Below are positions 9,121 through 18,542 of a stretch of DNA of 64,000 nucleotides, one piece after another. A model generated the notes under the pieces. That model did no database searches and had not been told where the DNA came from. It was given only the letters and a program-made list of their open reading frames with translations. The position numbers and the translations under genes were made by a program. Each line of letters begins with the position of its first letter. Within the stretch, counting starts at the first letter, position 1. Source of the DNA: an uncultured bacterium (GTDB taxonomy: Bacteria > Patescibacteriota > Minisyncoccia > Phycocordibacterales > GWA1-40-21); NCBI GenBank assembly GCA_963716205.1, contig OY970290.1:30411-94410 (forward strand). The letters run 5' to 3'.

Positions 9121-10161
9121 CTATAAAAGTTTTCCTGAATTTTTAATATTCAAATGTTTTCTCGCTCTGTCTGTCACAATTCTTCCTCGCGAGGTTCGTT
9201 CAATGAATCCAAGCTGCAAAAGATACGGCTCGTAGACATCTTCGATAGTTGCCTGCTCTTCCGAAAGGGAAGCGGCAAGCGTATTGAGCCCAACAGGACC
9301 GCCGGCGAATTTTTCCTCTATCATGGTCAGCACTGCTCTGTCCTCCGGATTGAGCCCAACCTCGTCAATATTGAGCATTTGCAAGGCATCTTTGACAATT
9401 TCACTAGTTAAATTTTGTTTTTTTATCTGGGCGAGGTCACGGGCGCGTTTGAGAAGATAATTTGCAGTTCGCGGCGTGGAGCGGCTGCGTTTGGCGATTT
9501 CTTTTTTCGCTTCGGGGTCTATTTCAACGCCGAGAATTTTTGCAGAGCGTTCAATAATTTTTTCTATTTCTTCCGGCGAATAAAATTCAAGCTTGTAGAC
9601 TCCACCGGAAAAACGGCTTCGCAAAGGAGCGGAAAGCATGGCGATGCGAGTCGTTGCGGCGATCAATGTGAACGGCGGAAGGTCGAGTTGTATGGTGCGG
9701 GCGGACGGACCTTTGCCGATAATAATATCGAGTGAGCCGGACTCCATCGCAGGATATAAAATTTCCTCGATTGTTTTGTTGAGACGGTGGATTTCGTCAA
9801 TGAAAAGAATATCACCGGGTGAAAGATTGGTTAGGATTGATGCAAGGTCGCCGACTTTTTCTATCGCCGGACCTGAAGTGGCTTTCAATTGTGCGCGAGT
9901 TTCTTTTGCAATCAGATTTGCCAGCGTTGTTTTGCCGAGTCCCGGGGGACCGTAAAAAAGAAGATGCTCCGGCGGATGTTTTCTCTGTTCGGCGGCTTTC
10001 AATAAAATTTGCAAATTTTCTTTGATGTTTTTCTGTCCGATGTATTCGTTCCATGAGGATGGACGCAGTGTCTGGTCAAGGAATATTACATCGCTATTTT
10101 TGGGGCTTGAATTATGAATATTTTGCGAAGGAGTCGTTTTTTTGCCATTTTTGCTTGACAT
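9121..10161 (-). CDS. ruvB: Holliday junction branch-migration helicase RuvB
   Basis: AAA+ Walker A LLFYGPPGLGKTTLA, Walker B ILFIDEIHRL, and the RuvB C-terminal winged helix. Confidence 0.92.
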   Translation of the reverse strand: MSSKNGKKTTPSQNIHNSSPKNSDVIFLDQTLRPSSWNEYIGQKNIKENLQILLKAAEQRKHPPEHLLFYGPPGLGKTTLANLIAKETRAQLKATSGPAIEKVGDLASILTNLSPGDILFIDEIHRLNKTIEEILYPAMESGSLDIIIGKGPSARTIQLDLPPFTLIAATTRIAMLSAPLRSRFSGGVYKLEFYSPEEIEKIIERSAKILGVEIDPEAKKEIAKRSRSTPRTANYLLKRARDLAQIKKQNLTSEIVKDALQMLNIDEVGLNPEDRAVLTMIEEKFAGGPVGLNTLAASLSEEQATIEDVYEPYLLQLGFIERTSRGRIVTDRARKHLNIKNSGKLL

Positions 10162-10240
10162 AGTGTTATTTCATGCTAAACTCTTTCCAGGGCCTGTGCA
10201 AGGGCTTTTTATTTGACTCAAGTTTTATGTTCCGGTTCTG

Positions 10241-10394
10241 AATATAAATCTCTAAACAATTATTCTCGCAAGAGGTTACGAGTTTTTCTTCAAGGACGTC
10301 TTGGTTTATTTCTTCGGAAATATTGCTGAGGTTATCCTTAAAGGCTAATTTAACTTTTTACCGCCAGGTTTAAAGTATTGTTTAGAGATTTATG
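10241..10394. repeat. 17-bp perfect inverted repeat (ATAAATCTCTAAACAAT / ATTGTTTAGAGATTTAT) enclosing ~120 nt in the 308-nt pilB-ruvB spacer
   Basis: Seen directly in the sequence: 10241-10257 is the exact reverse complement of 10378-10394. Confidence 0.5.
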
Positions 10395-10469
10395 TTTTGA
10401 ACCATCTCTTAGTTTTTATGCTATCCCAGTTTGAAACTTTTGCAAGTACTCCAATTTTTTACAACACGT

Positions 10470-12152
10470 TTAATTTTCTGATTCAAGATCTATGACCGAG
10501 CCGAGCTCTTCAAGCGTGCTAACGCCCCGAAGCACTTTGAGCACGCCGTCCTGTTTCATATCGAGGATGTTCTGGGATCTGGCAACCTCTTTGATTTCCC
10601 GTTCGCTTGAATTCGCCATAATGACACTTTCCATCTCTCGTGTCGAAAGGATGGCTTCAACAATGGCTATTCTGCCCTTGTAGCCGGTATCGTTGCACTT
10701 GTCGCAGCCGACGGCTTGCCAGATTTTTTCCGTCTGAACGCCCGTCAGATATGTTTTGTCCGAAATGCTTTCAAGGGTTTTTTGAATAATCTTTTTTTCC
10801 GCATCAGTCGGAATTTTTTCTTTCTTGCAATACGGACAGAGCTTTCTCAAAAGCCGCTGCGCCATTGAAACGTTGAGCGCCGAGGGGATCGTTTTCGGAT
10901 TGACTTTCAGATCGATCAATCGTGGAAATGCTCCAGCTGCGGAGTTTGTGTGCAGAGTGGAAAATACCAAATGTCCGGTGAGTGCCGCCTGAATGGCGGT
11001 TCCCGCAGTTTCATCATCTCGGATTTCTCCGACCATGATGACGTCTGGATCCTGCCTCATCGCGGCGCGAAGTCCGGCAAGAAATGTGTATCCTTTTTCA
11101 TCTTCCACCTGCGTTTGAACGATGCCATTTAAATGATATTCAATTGGATCTTCAATCGTGATGATTTTTATCTCGGGACTGTAGATTTTTTTCATGAATG
11201 CATACAATGTAGTGGTTTTTCCGCTGCCGGTCGGTCCGGTGATGAGAAGCATGCCGTTTGGCCTATTGATTTGTTCAATGAGGATGTCGAGAGTTCTTTT
11301 TTCAATACCAAGCTCTTCGAGCGGCACCGAGATGGATTTCGGATTGAGAAGCCGCATGACGATGGATTCGCTGTATGCGCCCGGCAAGATGGAAGTTCTG
11401 ATTTCAATTTCGCTGTCTTTTATTTTGATGCTGAATCTGCCGTCCTGCGCTTCGTCTTTGATATTCAATTTCAAACCCGAAAGTAATTTTATGCGGGAGA
11501 GCAAAAGATTATATGTTGCCATATCAAATTGATATGTATCGATAAGAATGCCGTCTATCCTAAATCTCATACGTACACCTTCTTCTTGCGGTTCGATGTG
11601 CACATCGGAAGCTCCGAGTGCAAGAGCGCCGGCGAGCATGATTTCCAATATTTTTGAAATGCGGTAGGTTTGCTTGACACCGAGCAGATCATCCATCAAT
11701 TTTTTGATATCCTTAATATGTCCAACTTTTGACATCAGCGTGACGACTTGATCGCTTGAAATATCAAAAGTGCCGGCGACGCTTTCCGATGAATACGACA
11801 AATCTTTATATCGCTCCCACGCTTTCTCTAAACTTTTTTTTGATACCATAAAAACAGTCGGCAAGTAGCCTTCGTCCGAAAGTTTATTTAATATAGAAAC
11901 AGTTTTTTCATTGTTCGGAGACGTAATAGCCACTTCAAGTTTCTTACCAGTCATATCAAAGATAGCGACGCTGGATTCTCGCGCTTCATCTTCATTTACA
12001 ATACGGAGCGCATCGGTATTGATGCGTATCGGTCCGAGATCAAGATAATTAAAGCCGTATCGGGAAGCAAGAATCTTTACAACGTCCTCTTCTTCGCTTT
12101 TACGCATTTCTTCAAGACGCTTTTCTTCTTTTGAATCATCGAAGGTCACCAT
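10470..12152 (-). CDS. GspE/PilB-family type II/IV secretion ATPase (copy 1, with C-terminal tetracysteine)
   Basis: Walker A LITGPTGSGKTTTLY and Asp/His boxes. C-terminal CPYC...CDKC zinc motif typical of PilB/GspE. Start set at the internal ATG (MVTFDD). Confidence 0.85.
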   Translation of the reverse strand: MVTFDDSKEEKRLEEMRKSEEEDVVKILASRYGFNYLDLGPIRINTDALRIVNEDEARESSVAIFDMTGKKLEVAITSPNNEKTVSILNKLSDEGYLPTVFMVSKKSLEKAWERYKDLSYSSESVAGTFDISSDQVVTLMSKVGHIKDIKKLMDDLLGVKQTYRISKILEIMLAGALALGASDVHIEPQEEGVRMRFRIDGILIDTYQFDMATYNLLLSRIKLLSGLKLNIKDEAQDGRFSIKIKDSEIEIRTSILPGAYSESIVMRLLNPKSISVPLEELGIEKRTLDILIEQINRPNGMLLITGPTGSGKTTTLYAFMKKIYSPEIKIITIEDPIEYHLNGIVQTQVEDEKGYTFLAGLRAAMRQDPDVIMVGEIRDDETAGTAIQAALTGHLVFSTLHTNSAAGAFPRLIDLKVNPKTIPSALNVSMAQRLLRKLCPYCKKEKIPTDAEKKIIQKTLESISDKTYLTGVQTEKIWQAVGCDKCNDTGYKGRIAIVEAILSTREMESVIMANSSEREIKEVARSQNILDMKQDGVLKVLRGVSTLEELGSVIDLESEN

Positions 12153-12285
12153 ATAGGGAATATCATACCATAGAAAGCACAAAAGCCATATTTAAAGCCA
12201 CCATAAAGCTCCAAAGTGAGGAGATAGAGAAAGTACTTGACTTTTTTGTAGTTTAATATATAATATCCAGGTTAATAAATTTGAT

Positions 12286-13524
12286 ATGAAATATATGAAA
12301 AACACAAATATTATAAATAAATATACATTGCTCTTCGCAACACTTTTGCTTGCCGTTGTTTTTTCTATTGCAATGCCATTTGCAGCGAAGGCACAAGATG
12401 ATACTGACTACACTGGAACAGGATACACTGACTATTCTGGAACGGGCTATACTGATGGCACTGATTACACCGGAACAGGTTATACCGATTACACCGGAAC
12501 AGGTTATACCGATTACACGGGAACCGGCTATACTGATTATACTGGAACGGGTTACACAGAGCCAACTTCAAATGATACTCAAACAATCGTTCCTTACGAT
12601 AATTCATCTGTTGGTATTATTGGAGGCATATATTCCGGAGGATACTATGGCGGCTATTATTATCCTGGTTCAACAGTTTCTTCAGGAAGTTTTACTGGCG
12701 GTACTCTTTATGAACCGGTTCCAACGGCTGGACAATATCCGGGTTCAACAGTTACCACTTCAAGTTTTGGCGGCGGTACCGCGTATAACGGATATTATGG
12801 ATATAATAATTACAACTACGGACAGCTTACCGGTTCATGTTCAGGTCAAGTTTCAACCAATCCGTCAGGAACTTCAATTGTCTGGACCGCTCTTGCTTCA
12901 GGCGGAAACGGAGTCTATTACTACACATGGACTGGTGACAGCGGACTTTCAGGAACGGGGCAATATATTTCTCAGATCTATCCGTCCTCAACTGGCGTAG
13001 AAAATGCGTATTTGAGAATTAATTCAGGTGATGGACAAACAACCACCGAAGCGTGCTCTGTTACTCTCGGAAATCCAAACGAGGTTTTGGCTTACAGTGC
13101 TACCAATCCAAACTTGCAATCAGTCTACTTGAGTAATGTTCCATATACTGGCGCGGGAGATTTTGCAAAAGTTGTCGGATTCCTTTCAATGCTTTTGCTC
13201 TGGAGCGCGGGACTTTCCTACATCTTCTTGAAGAGAAAAGAAAAAATGGAAAATCCAATCACTGTTACACCTGAAGCATCGAATTCGTCTGAAAGTTCTG
13301 ATTATCTTCAAAATTTCAGAATGGAAACTAATTCCGATATTCAAGCGATAGAAAGTATTGAAACGTACGCTCGGATGAATCAAGTATTGCTTTCAAGCGA
13401 TGCTGTAAAAGAACTTGCCAAACTTTCTCGATTGAACAAAATTAATCCGAAAGAAGCTATCAAGAAAATGTCAAAAGGAGAATGGATCACGATAGGTGAG
13501 AACGATTTATCAAAATTTATCTAA
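12286..13524 (+). CDS. Secreted/membrane-anchored hypothetical protein with tandem Y/G/T-rich octapeptide repeats
   Basis: Signal peptide, then about six copies of (TGTGYTDY) encoded by a 24-nt tandem repeat at 12400-12570. A G/Y-rich low-complexity region follows, then a TM segment plus KRKEK. A TTGACT-17-TATAAT promoter lies at about 12235-12262. Confidence 0.6.
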   Translation: MKYMKNTNIINKYTLLFATLLLAVVFSIAMPFAAKAQDDTDYTGTGYTDYSGTGYTDGTDYTGTGYTDYTGTGYTDYTGTGYTDYTGTGYTEPTSNDTQTIVPYDNSSVGIIGGIYSGGYYGGYYYPGSTVSSGSFTGGTLYEPVPTAGQYPGSTVTTSSFGGGTAYNGYYGYNNYNYGQLTGSCSGQVSTNPSGTSIVWTALASGGNGVYYYTWTGDSGLSGTGQYISQIYPSSTGVENAYLRINSGDGQTTTEACSVTLGNPNEVLAYSATNPNLQSVYLSNVPYTGAGDFAKVVGFLSMLLLWSAGLSYIFLKRKEKMENPITVTPEASNSSESSDYLQNFRMETNSDIQAIESIETYARMNQVLLSSDAVKELAKLSRLNKINPKEAIKKMSKGEWITIGENDLSKFI

Positions 13525-13526
13525 CA

Positions 13527-13551
13527 AAAAACCGCCTTTTGGCGGTTTTTT
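13527..13551 (+). terminator. Rho-independent terminator (aaaaaaccgcc-tttt-ggcggtttttt)
   Basis: Perfect GC-rich stem plus T-run immediately after the 12286-13524 CDS. Confidence 0.7.
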
Positions 13552-13600
13552 GTTAGGAAAAGAAGCCTTGTTTAAAGCCGAAATAAAATAAGTGAAAGTA

Positions 13601-13628
13601 TTGACAATATTATAGAGTCATGTATAAT
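13601..13628 (+). promoter_or_regulatory. Near-consensus sigma70-type promoter (TTGACA-16 nt-TGTATAAT)
   Basis: TTGACA at 13601-13606 and TG-TATAAT at 13621-13628. A GAGGTG Shine-Dalgarno sits before the ATG at 13690. Confidence 0.5.
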
Positions 13629-13689
13629 ATTGAGGAAGCTAGCAGTAACCCTTTAATGGGAATAAAAATAAAATTTGTGAGGTGTGCTC

Positions 13690-14298
13690 ATGGACTTTTC
13701 CTTTGTTTACAAAATGGGCATGGGAAAGATTCTTTTACTGGTCGTTCCTGTGTTCATCGTAATGGTGATTGTGCTCTGGAATCGGTGGGATGCTTATCTC
13801 AAACCGGCTACGGAGCAAGTCAGTGGGAATAACTGGGACAGATGGCGGCATACATTCAGACCGCTATTTTGGATACTGGTATGCTGGATTTTTCTTGCAG
13901 GTATCAGTGCCACCATCTGGCTGATTTGGAGCGAAACTGAAATGGTTGTCGGTCATGGATACGGGAGCATTGAAACTCCGGTTCCGACACCGATCCCAAC
14001 TGTTGTTCCGCAAGTCCCAGCTCCAAGTGCAGAACTTTCGTACAAAGAAAAGCATTACTGTGGAGTCGTTATTGATAACACGGGAAAGCCATCTTTTACG
14101 ATCACGGAGTTGTCCAAAGAAGGCAAGACCATCGGTACTTTTCCAGTCAAGGAAAATGGAAAGGTAGTGATTGGGTTTAACAATCCAATCACTGGAGCGA
14201 TTTTGTCGGACGGTATTCACACCCAAAATTTTAAATTTGAAAGTCAAAAGGTGTGGTACACGTGGGATCCTTCAACGAATACGTACATTCCGGGATGA
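13690..14298 (+). CDS. Hypothetical membrane protein (2 TM plus extracytoplasmic domain)
   Basis: Two hydrophobic helices, a P/T/V-rich linker and a beta-rich C-terminal domain. Flanked by its own promoter and tandem terminators. Confidence 0.55.
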   Translation: MDFSFVYKMGMGKILLLVVPVFIVMVIVLWNRWDAYLKPATEQVSGNNWDRWRHTFRPLFWILVCWIFLAGISATIWLIWSETEMVVGHGYGSIETPVPTPIPTVVPQVPAPSAELSYKEKHYCGVVIDNTGKPSFTITELSKEGKTIGTFPVKENGKVVIGFNNPITGAILSDGIHTQNFKFESQKVWYTWDPSTNTYIPG

Positions 14299-14315
14299 GG
14301 ATGAAAATCCTCAAG

Positions 14316-14394
14316 ACCCCATTTCTCGTAACAACGGGAGGTGGGGTTTTTTTATTTGGCGGGATTTTCGTGAAGCGAAAATCCCGCCTTTTTG
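14316..14394 (+). terminator. Two tandem rho-independent terminators
   Basis: accccat...gtggggttttttt followed by ggcgggattttcg-tgaagcg-aaaatcccgccttttt. Confidence 0.65.
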
Positions 14395-14411
14395 TATGTT
14401 AAAATTAACTG

Positions 14412-14846
14412 ATGAAAATAATCAGCAAGAGTTTAAATGACACGGAAAAAATTGCGGAGGATTTTGTAAAAAAATTATCTTTTTATACGCCCGAAGGCGC
14501 GCTTATTATCGGCTTATATGGAGATCTCGGTTCCGGCAAAACGACGTTTGCACAGGACGTTGCGGAGATTTTTGGCATCGATGAAACCGTGACGAGTCCG
14601 ACGTATGTCATTGAAAAAATTTATCCCATCCTTCACGCAAAATTTAAAAATCTGATTCATATTGATGCCTATCGCTTGAACTCCGCAAAAGAGCTTATCG
14701 TTCTCGGCTGGCAGAACATATCATCCGATCCGCAAAACATTATTCTGATAGAATGGCCCGAAAAAGTCTCAGAAATTTTGCCGGAAAATCACGTAAAAAT
14801 TAATTTCAGATTCATCTCGGATACCGAGCGGGAAATTGAGATATAA
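14412..14846 (+). CDS. tsaE: tRNA threonylcarbamoyladenosine biosynthesis protein TsaE
   Basis: P-loop GDLGSGKTTF and the conserved ...IHIDAYRL motif. About 144 aa. Confidence 0.85.
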   Translation: MKIISKSLNDTEKIAEDFVKKLSFYTPEGALIIGLYGDLGSGKTTFAQDVAEIFGIDETVTSPTYVIEKIYPILHAKFKNLIHIDAYRLNSAKELIVLGWQNISSDPQNIILIEWPEKVSEILPENHVKINFRFISDTEREIEI

Positions 14847-14853
14847 TAGAAAC

Positions 14854-17325
14854 ATGGCAAAAAAATCTGGTGATAAAAAAATACTTGTCCTCCTCGATGT
14901 TCATGCAATTATTCATCGCGCATATCATGCGCTGCCGGAATTTGCCACAAGCTCCGGCGTGCCGACGGGCGCTCTCTACGGGCTTTCAACCATGCTTCTC
15001 AAAATCATTTCCGATTTGAAGCCAGATTATATCGCCGCTTGCTACGACTTGCCGAAGCCGACATATCGTCATATTGCCTACAAGGATTACAAAGCGGGCA
15101 GAGCAAAAGCAGACGAAGAGCTCATCGAACAGATCAAAAAATCCTACGACATCTTCCGCGCGTTCAATATCCCCATTTATTCAAAGGAAGGGTTTGAGGC
15201 GGATGATATGATTGGCACGATTGTCGAGAAAGAGAAGAAAGAAAAAAATCTTGATATCGTTATTGCGTCCGGTGATATGGATACGCTTCAGCTCGTTGAT
15301 GACGATCGCGTGCGGGTTTATACTTTGAAAAAAGGAATCAAGGATACGATTATTTATAATGAAAAAGGAGTTTTAGAACGATACGGATTCGGACCGAAGC
15401 TGTTGCCCGATTTCAAAGGTCTTCGAGGAGATCCGTCTGACAATATCATCGGCATCAACGGCATCGGCGAGAAAACGGCGACGGATTTAATAAAAAATTT
15501 CGGTTCGATCGAGGAAATGTACAAGAAATTAAAAAAAGCCGGCGGAAAAGAACAATTTGAAACAGCCGGCATCAAGGAAAGAATCGTCGGGCTGCTTGAG
15601 AATGGCGAAGAGGAAGCGAAGTTTTCCAAAATGCTCGGCACTATAAACAGAGCCGCACCGATTAATTTTTCGCTTCCGGAAAAAAGCTGGAAAGAAAGTG
15701 TTGATCTCGAAAAAGTGAATGCAGTGTGGAGCGAGCTTGAATTCAGGACTTTGGGTCAAAGATTAAAAGATGTTTTGTACGGCAACAATAGAAAAACTGA
15801 GGAAAAAAAATCAAAAGAAAATACCGAAACAAAAAAAGAGAAAAAAGAACGTGAGGAAAAAATAGAATATCAATACGAAAATATCAAAGAACTTTCGGTC
15901 ATACTTTGGCTTGTCAATTCGAGCATCACGAGTCCGAAAGGGGAAGACATTTTTAATTTTACGAAGACGAAAGATTCAAAAGAAGCAAAAAGAATTTTGC
16001 TTGCTGAACTTGAGAAAAGGGAATTGACGCGAGTCTGGGAAACGATAGAAAAGCCGCTTATTTCGGTTATCGAAGCTATGGAAAAAACTGGAGTGAAGAT
16101 CGACAAGAAAGAATTAGCGCGGTTGTCAAAGGATTATCATGCGAAACTTGCTACGCTTGAAAAGAAAATTTGGGATCATGCTGGTGATGAATTCAATATC
16201 AATTCGCCGAAGCAGCTGGGAGAAATACTTTTTATGAAGCTCGGACTGAAACCGAAAAATCAAAAGAAGACTGGTAGCGGCGCGCTTTCCACCAAAGAAA
16301 GTGAGCTTGAAAAAATGCGCGAAATGCACCCGATTATTGATCTGATCATTGAATACCGCGAATTCCAGAAACTTCTTTCCACCTATATCGATGTCATACC
16401 GGAACTTTTGGATGTAGATGGACGGCTTCATGCAAAATTCTTGCAGGCGGGAACGACGACAGGCAGAATGGCATCATCAAATCCGAATCTGCAGAATATT
16501 CCAAATGAAAGCGAGCTTGGCAGGAATATCCGCGCAGCATTTGTTGCCGACAATGGAACGAAACTTTTGTCATTTGATTATTCGCAGGCGGAGCTCCGCA
16601 TTGCGGCATTTCTCTCGGATGATAAAAAGCTGATCGAGATTTTCAAAAACAACGAAGACGTGCACACTGCGGTCGCCTCGGAAGTGTTCAATGTTCCACT
16701 AGATCAAGTGGACAAGGAAATGCGCCGACGGGCAAAGGTCATCAACTTTGGAATTATGTACGGTATGGGGGTGAACGCCCTGCGGGTAAATTTGAGCGGA
16801 GGTCAGACGATCATCACGGAGGCTCGCCCGGCATATTCCGGCGCCGTCAGCAGAGAAGAAGCGCAGAAATATCTGAACGCATATTTTGAGAAATTTTCCG
16901 GCCTTGCAAAATATTTGGAATGGATCAAAAATGACGCAAAAGAAAAAGGCTACACCCAGACGCTTTTCGGCAGACGAAGATATTTTGAAGGATTGCGATC
17001 CAAAGTGCCGTTTATCAAAGCGATGTCTGAGCGCATGGCGATCAACGCACCGATCCAAGGCACAGAAGCCGACATGATCAAACTTGCGATGATCCATATT
17101 GATAAATATTTAAAGGAAGAAAAACTGTCCGACAAAGTAAAATTGATCTTGCAGATTCATGATGAACTAGTCTATGAAGCGGATGAGACAATCGCAGAAA
17201 AAATTGCTCCGAAAATTGAAAAAATTATGGAAAATGTCATTCCTCTGAAAGATTCAAAAGGGATTGTCATGAAAGCATCGAGTATGGAAGGGGAGAATTG
17301 GAAGGAGATGGAAAAAATAAAATAA
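14854..17325 (+). CDS. polA: DNA polymerase I (5'-3' nuclease plus polymerase; the 3'-5' exonuclease domain appears vestigial, Taq-like)
   Basis: N-terminal FEN-like domain (LLDVHAIIHRAYHA). Polymerase motif A (DYSQAELR), motif B (RRRAKVINFGIMYGMG) and motif C (LQIHDELVYE). There is a K/E-rich low-complexity linker after the nuclease domain. Confidence 0.92.
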   Translation: MAKKSGDKKILVLLDVHAIIHRAYHALPEFATSSGVPTGALYGLSTMLLKIISDLKPDYIAACYDLPKPTYRHIAYKDYKAGRAKADEELIEQIKKSYDIFRAFNIPIYSKEGFEADDMIGTIVEKEKKEKNLDIVIASGDMDTLQLVDDDRVRVYTLKKGIKDTIIYNEKGVLERYGFGPKLLPDFKGLRGDPSDNIIGINGIGEKTATDLIKNFGSIEEMYKKLKKAGGKEQFETAGIKERIVGLLENGEEEAKFSKMLGTINRAAPINFSLPEKSWKESVDLEKVNAVWSELEFRTLGQRLKDVLYGNNRKTEEKKSKENTETKKEKKEREEKIEYQYENIKELSVILWLVNSSITSPKGEDIFNFTKTKDSKEAKRILLAELEKRELTRVWETIEKPLISVIEAMEKTGVKIDKKELARLSKDYHAKLATLEKKIWDHAGDEFNINSPKQLGEILFMKLGLKPKNQKKTGSGALSTKESELEKMREMHPIIDLIIEYREFQKLLSTYIDVIPELLDVDGRLHAKFLQAGTTTGRMASSNPNLQNIPNESELGRNIRAAFVADNGTKLLSFDYSQAELRIAAFLSDDKKLIEIFKNNEDVHTAVASEVFNVPLDQVDKEMRRRAKVINFGIMYGMGVNALRVNLSGGQTIITEARPAYSGAVSREEAQKYLNAYFEKFSGLAKYLEWIKNDAKEKGYTQTLFGRRRYFEGLRSKVPFIKAMSERMAINAPIQGTEADMIKLAMIHIDKYLKEEKLSDKVKLILQIHDELVYEADETIAEKIAPKIEKIMENVIPLKDSKGIVMKASSMEGENWKEMEKIK

Positions 17326-17332
17326 AACAGAG

Positions 17333-17366
17333 CGGCACCGAAGGCACCGCTCTGTTTTATTTTATT
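17333..17366. terminator. Bidirectional terminator hairpin between polA and tig (acagagcggcaccgaaggcaccgctctgt, A-run before, T-run after)
   Basis: Seen in the sequence. A closely related hairpin sequence recurs at 47199-47228. Confidence 0.65.
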
Positions 17367-18417
17367 TTTGATTTTCTAAAAATTGAATCACTACTTCATT
17401 AACCAAAATCATTTCCACATAGGCGCGAACGCGTTCCGGGTCGGCTTCTTTGTAATGTTCCATCAAATGTTTGATTTCTTTTTCTACATCTTCTTTTTTC
17501 GGTTCAATCTTTTCCTCAAGTGAAATCTTTTGCAAGACGAGCTGGGTTTTGGCGCGCTTTTCCGCATCGGGCTGCCATTCTTTGCGCAAATCTTCCCAGG
17601 ATTTCCTGATGTGTTTCAAATATTCTTCCGGCTGAAGTCCCATCTGAGCAATGTCGGCTTTGAACTGACCCTCCATTTTGTCGAGCTCGCTTTCGATAAG
17701 AATTTTCGGCATTTCTATCTTTGAATCTGCGGTGATTTTTTCCAAAATCTCAATTCTTTTTTTATCTTTTGCTTTTTGTTCTTTTTCTTTTGCGATATTG
17801 TCTTTGAGCTTTGCTTTGAAATCCGCGATGTCTTTGAATTCGCCGAGCTTTTTGACGAATTCATCCGTGATTTCCGGTAGTTCTAGTTTTTCATCATCAG
17901 TATGCTTTTCTCCTTCTTTATGAACATGATTTTGTTGCGCATACATTTTTCTGATCTGCTCGATCGTCTCCTCGATTTGTTTTTCAGATACTTCCTCGAC
18001 TTTCACTTCTTTTTTATTTTCATTTTTAGAGATTTTTTTGTAATCACCAAGCTTGATCTCCGGCATGACGGTGACGGTAATCTTGAATTCAATCGGTGAA
18101 TCAAGAGCGATTTTTATTATGGAAATATTAGGTCTACCGAGAAAATTCACTTTTGATTCAAGAAGAATTTCCGCAGCGCAATCGTTGATCGCCGCTTCCG
18201 CCGCTTCTTCCAGAATTCCAAGATCGCCGATCTTTTCTCGTAATGTTGCATCTGGAACATGTCCTTTGCGGAAGCCGGGCAGCTCCGTCATATCCTTGAT
18301 TTTCTTGAAAGCTTTGTCTTTGTAGGTCTCAAGCGCTTCCTTCGTGATTTCAGAAGTGATTTCCACGACTGAGTCGGGAAGTTTTTTTGTTCCTTTGATG
18401 GTGTATATTTTTATCAT
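17362..18417 (-). CDS. tig: Trigger factor
   Basis: Ribosome-binding signature GFRKGHVP in the N-terminal domain, and a helical C-terminal arm. At 351 aa it is a short form. Confidence 0.82.
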   Translation of the reverse strand: MIKIYTIKGTKKLPDSVVEITSEITKEALETYKDKAFKKIKDMTELPGFRKGHVPDATLREKIGDLGILEEAAEAAINDCAAEILLESKVNFLGRPNISIIKIALDSPIEFKITVTVMPEIKLGDYKKISKNENKKEVKVEEVSEKQIEETIEQIRKMYAQQNHVHKEGEKHTDDEKLELPEITDEFVKKLGEFKDIADFKAKLKDNIAKEKEQKAKDKKRIEILEKITADSKIEMPKILIESELDKMEGQFKADIAQMGLQPEEYLKHIRKSWEDLRKEWQPDAEKRAKTQLVLQKISLEEKIEPKKEDVEKEIKHLMEHYKEADPERVRAYVEMILVNEVVIQFLENQK

Positions 18418-18542
18418 TTTGAGAGTCTAGCTGAAAATGGAGAAAAATGCAAAACAACTGGCGGCATACAAAAATTTTCTTCTCAGAAAACTCGCTGCGC
18501 TCAAACAGTTCCTCGCAGAAAATTTTTGTATGCCGCTAGTTG

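Noticed and set aside
10162-10469. tRNA or tmRNA in the long pilB-ruvB spacer
   Set aside because: No cloverleaf-compatible acceptor/T-arm pairing or CCA-proximal tRNA-like domain could be found by eye. Retained only as an inverted-repeat element.
12350-13000. Overlapping ORFs 12350..13000 (+) and 12365..12607 (-) inside the Tyr/Gly-repeat protein gene
   Set aside because: Alternative-frame artefacts of the low-complexity 24-nt repeat. Only the 12286-13524 frame has a signal peptide, promoter and terminator.
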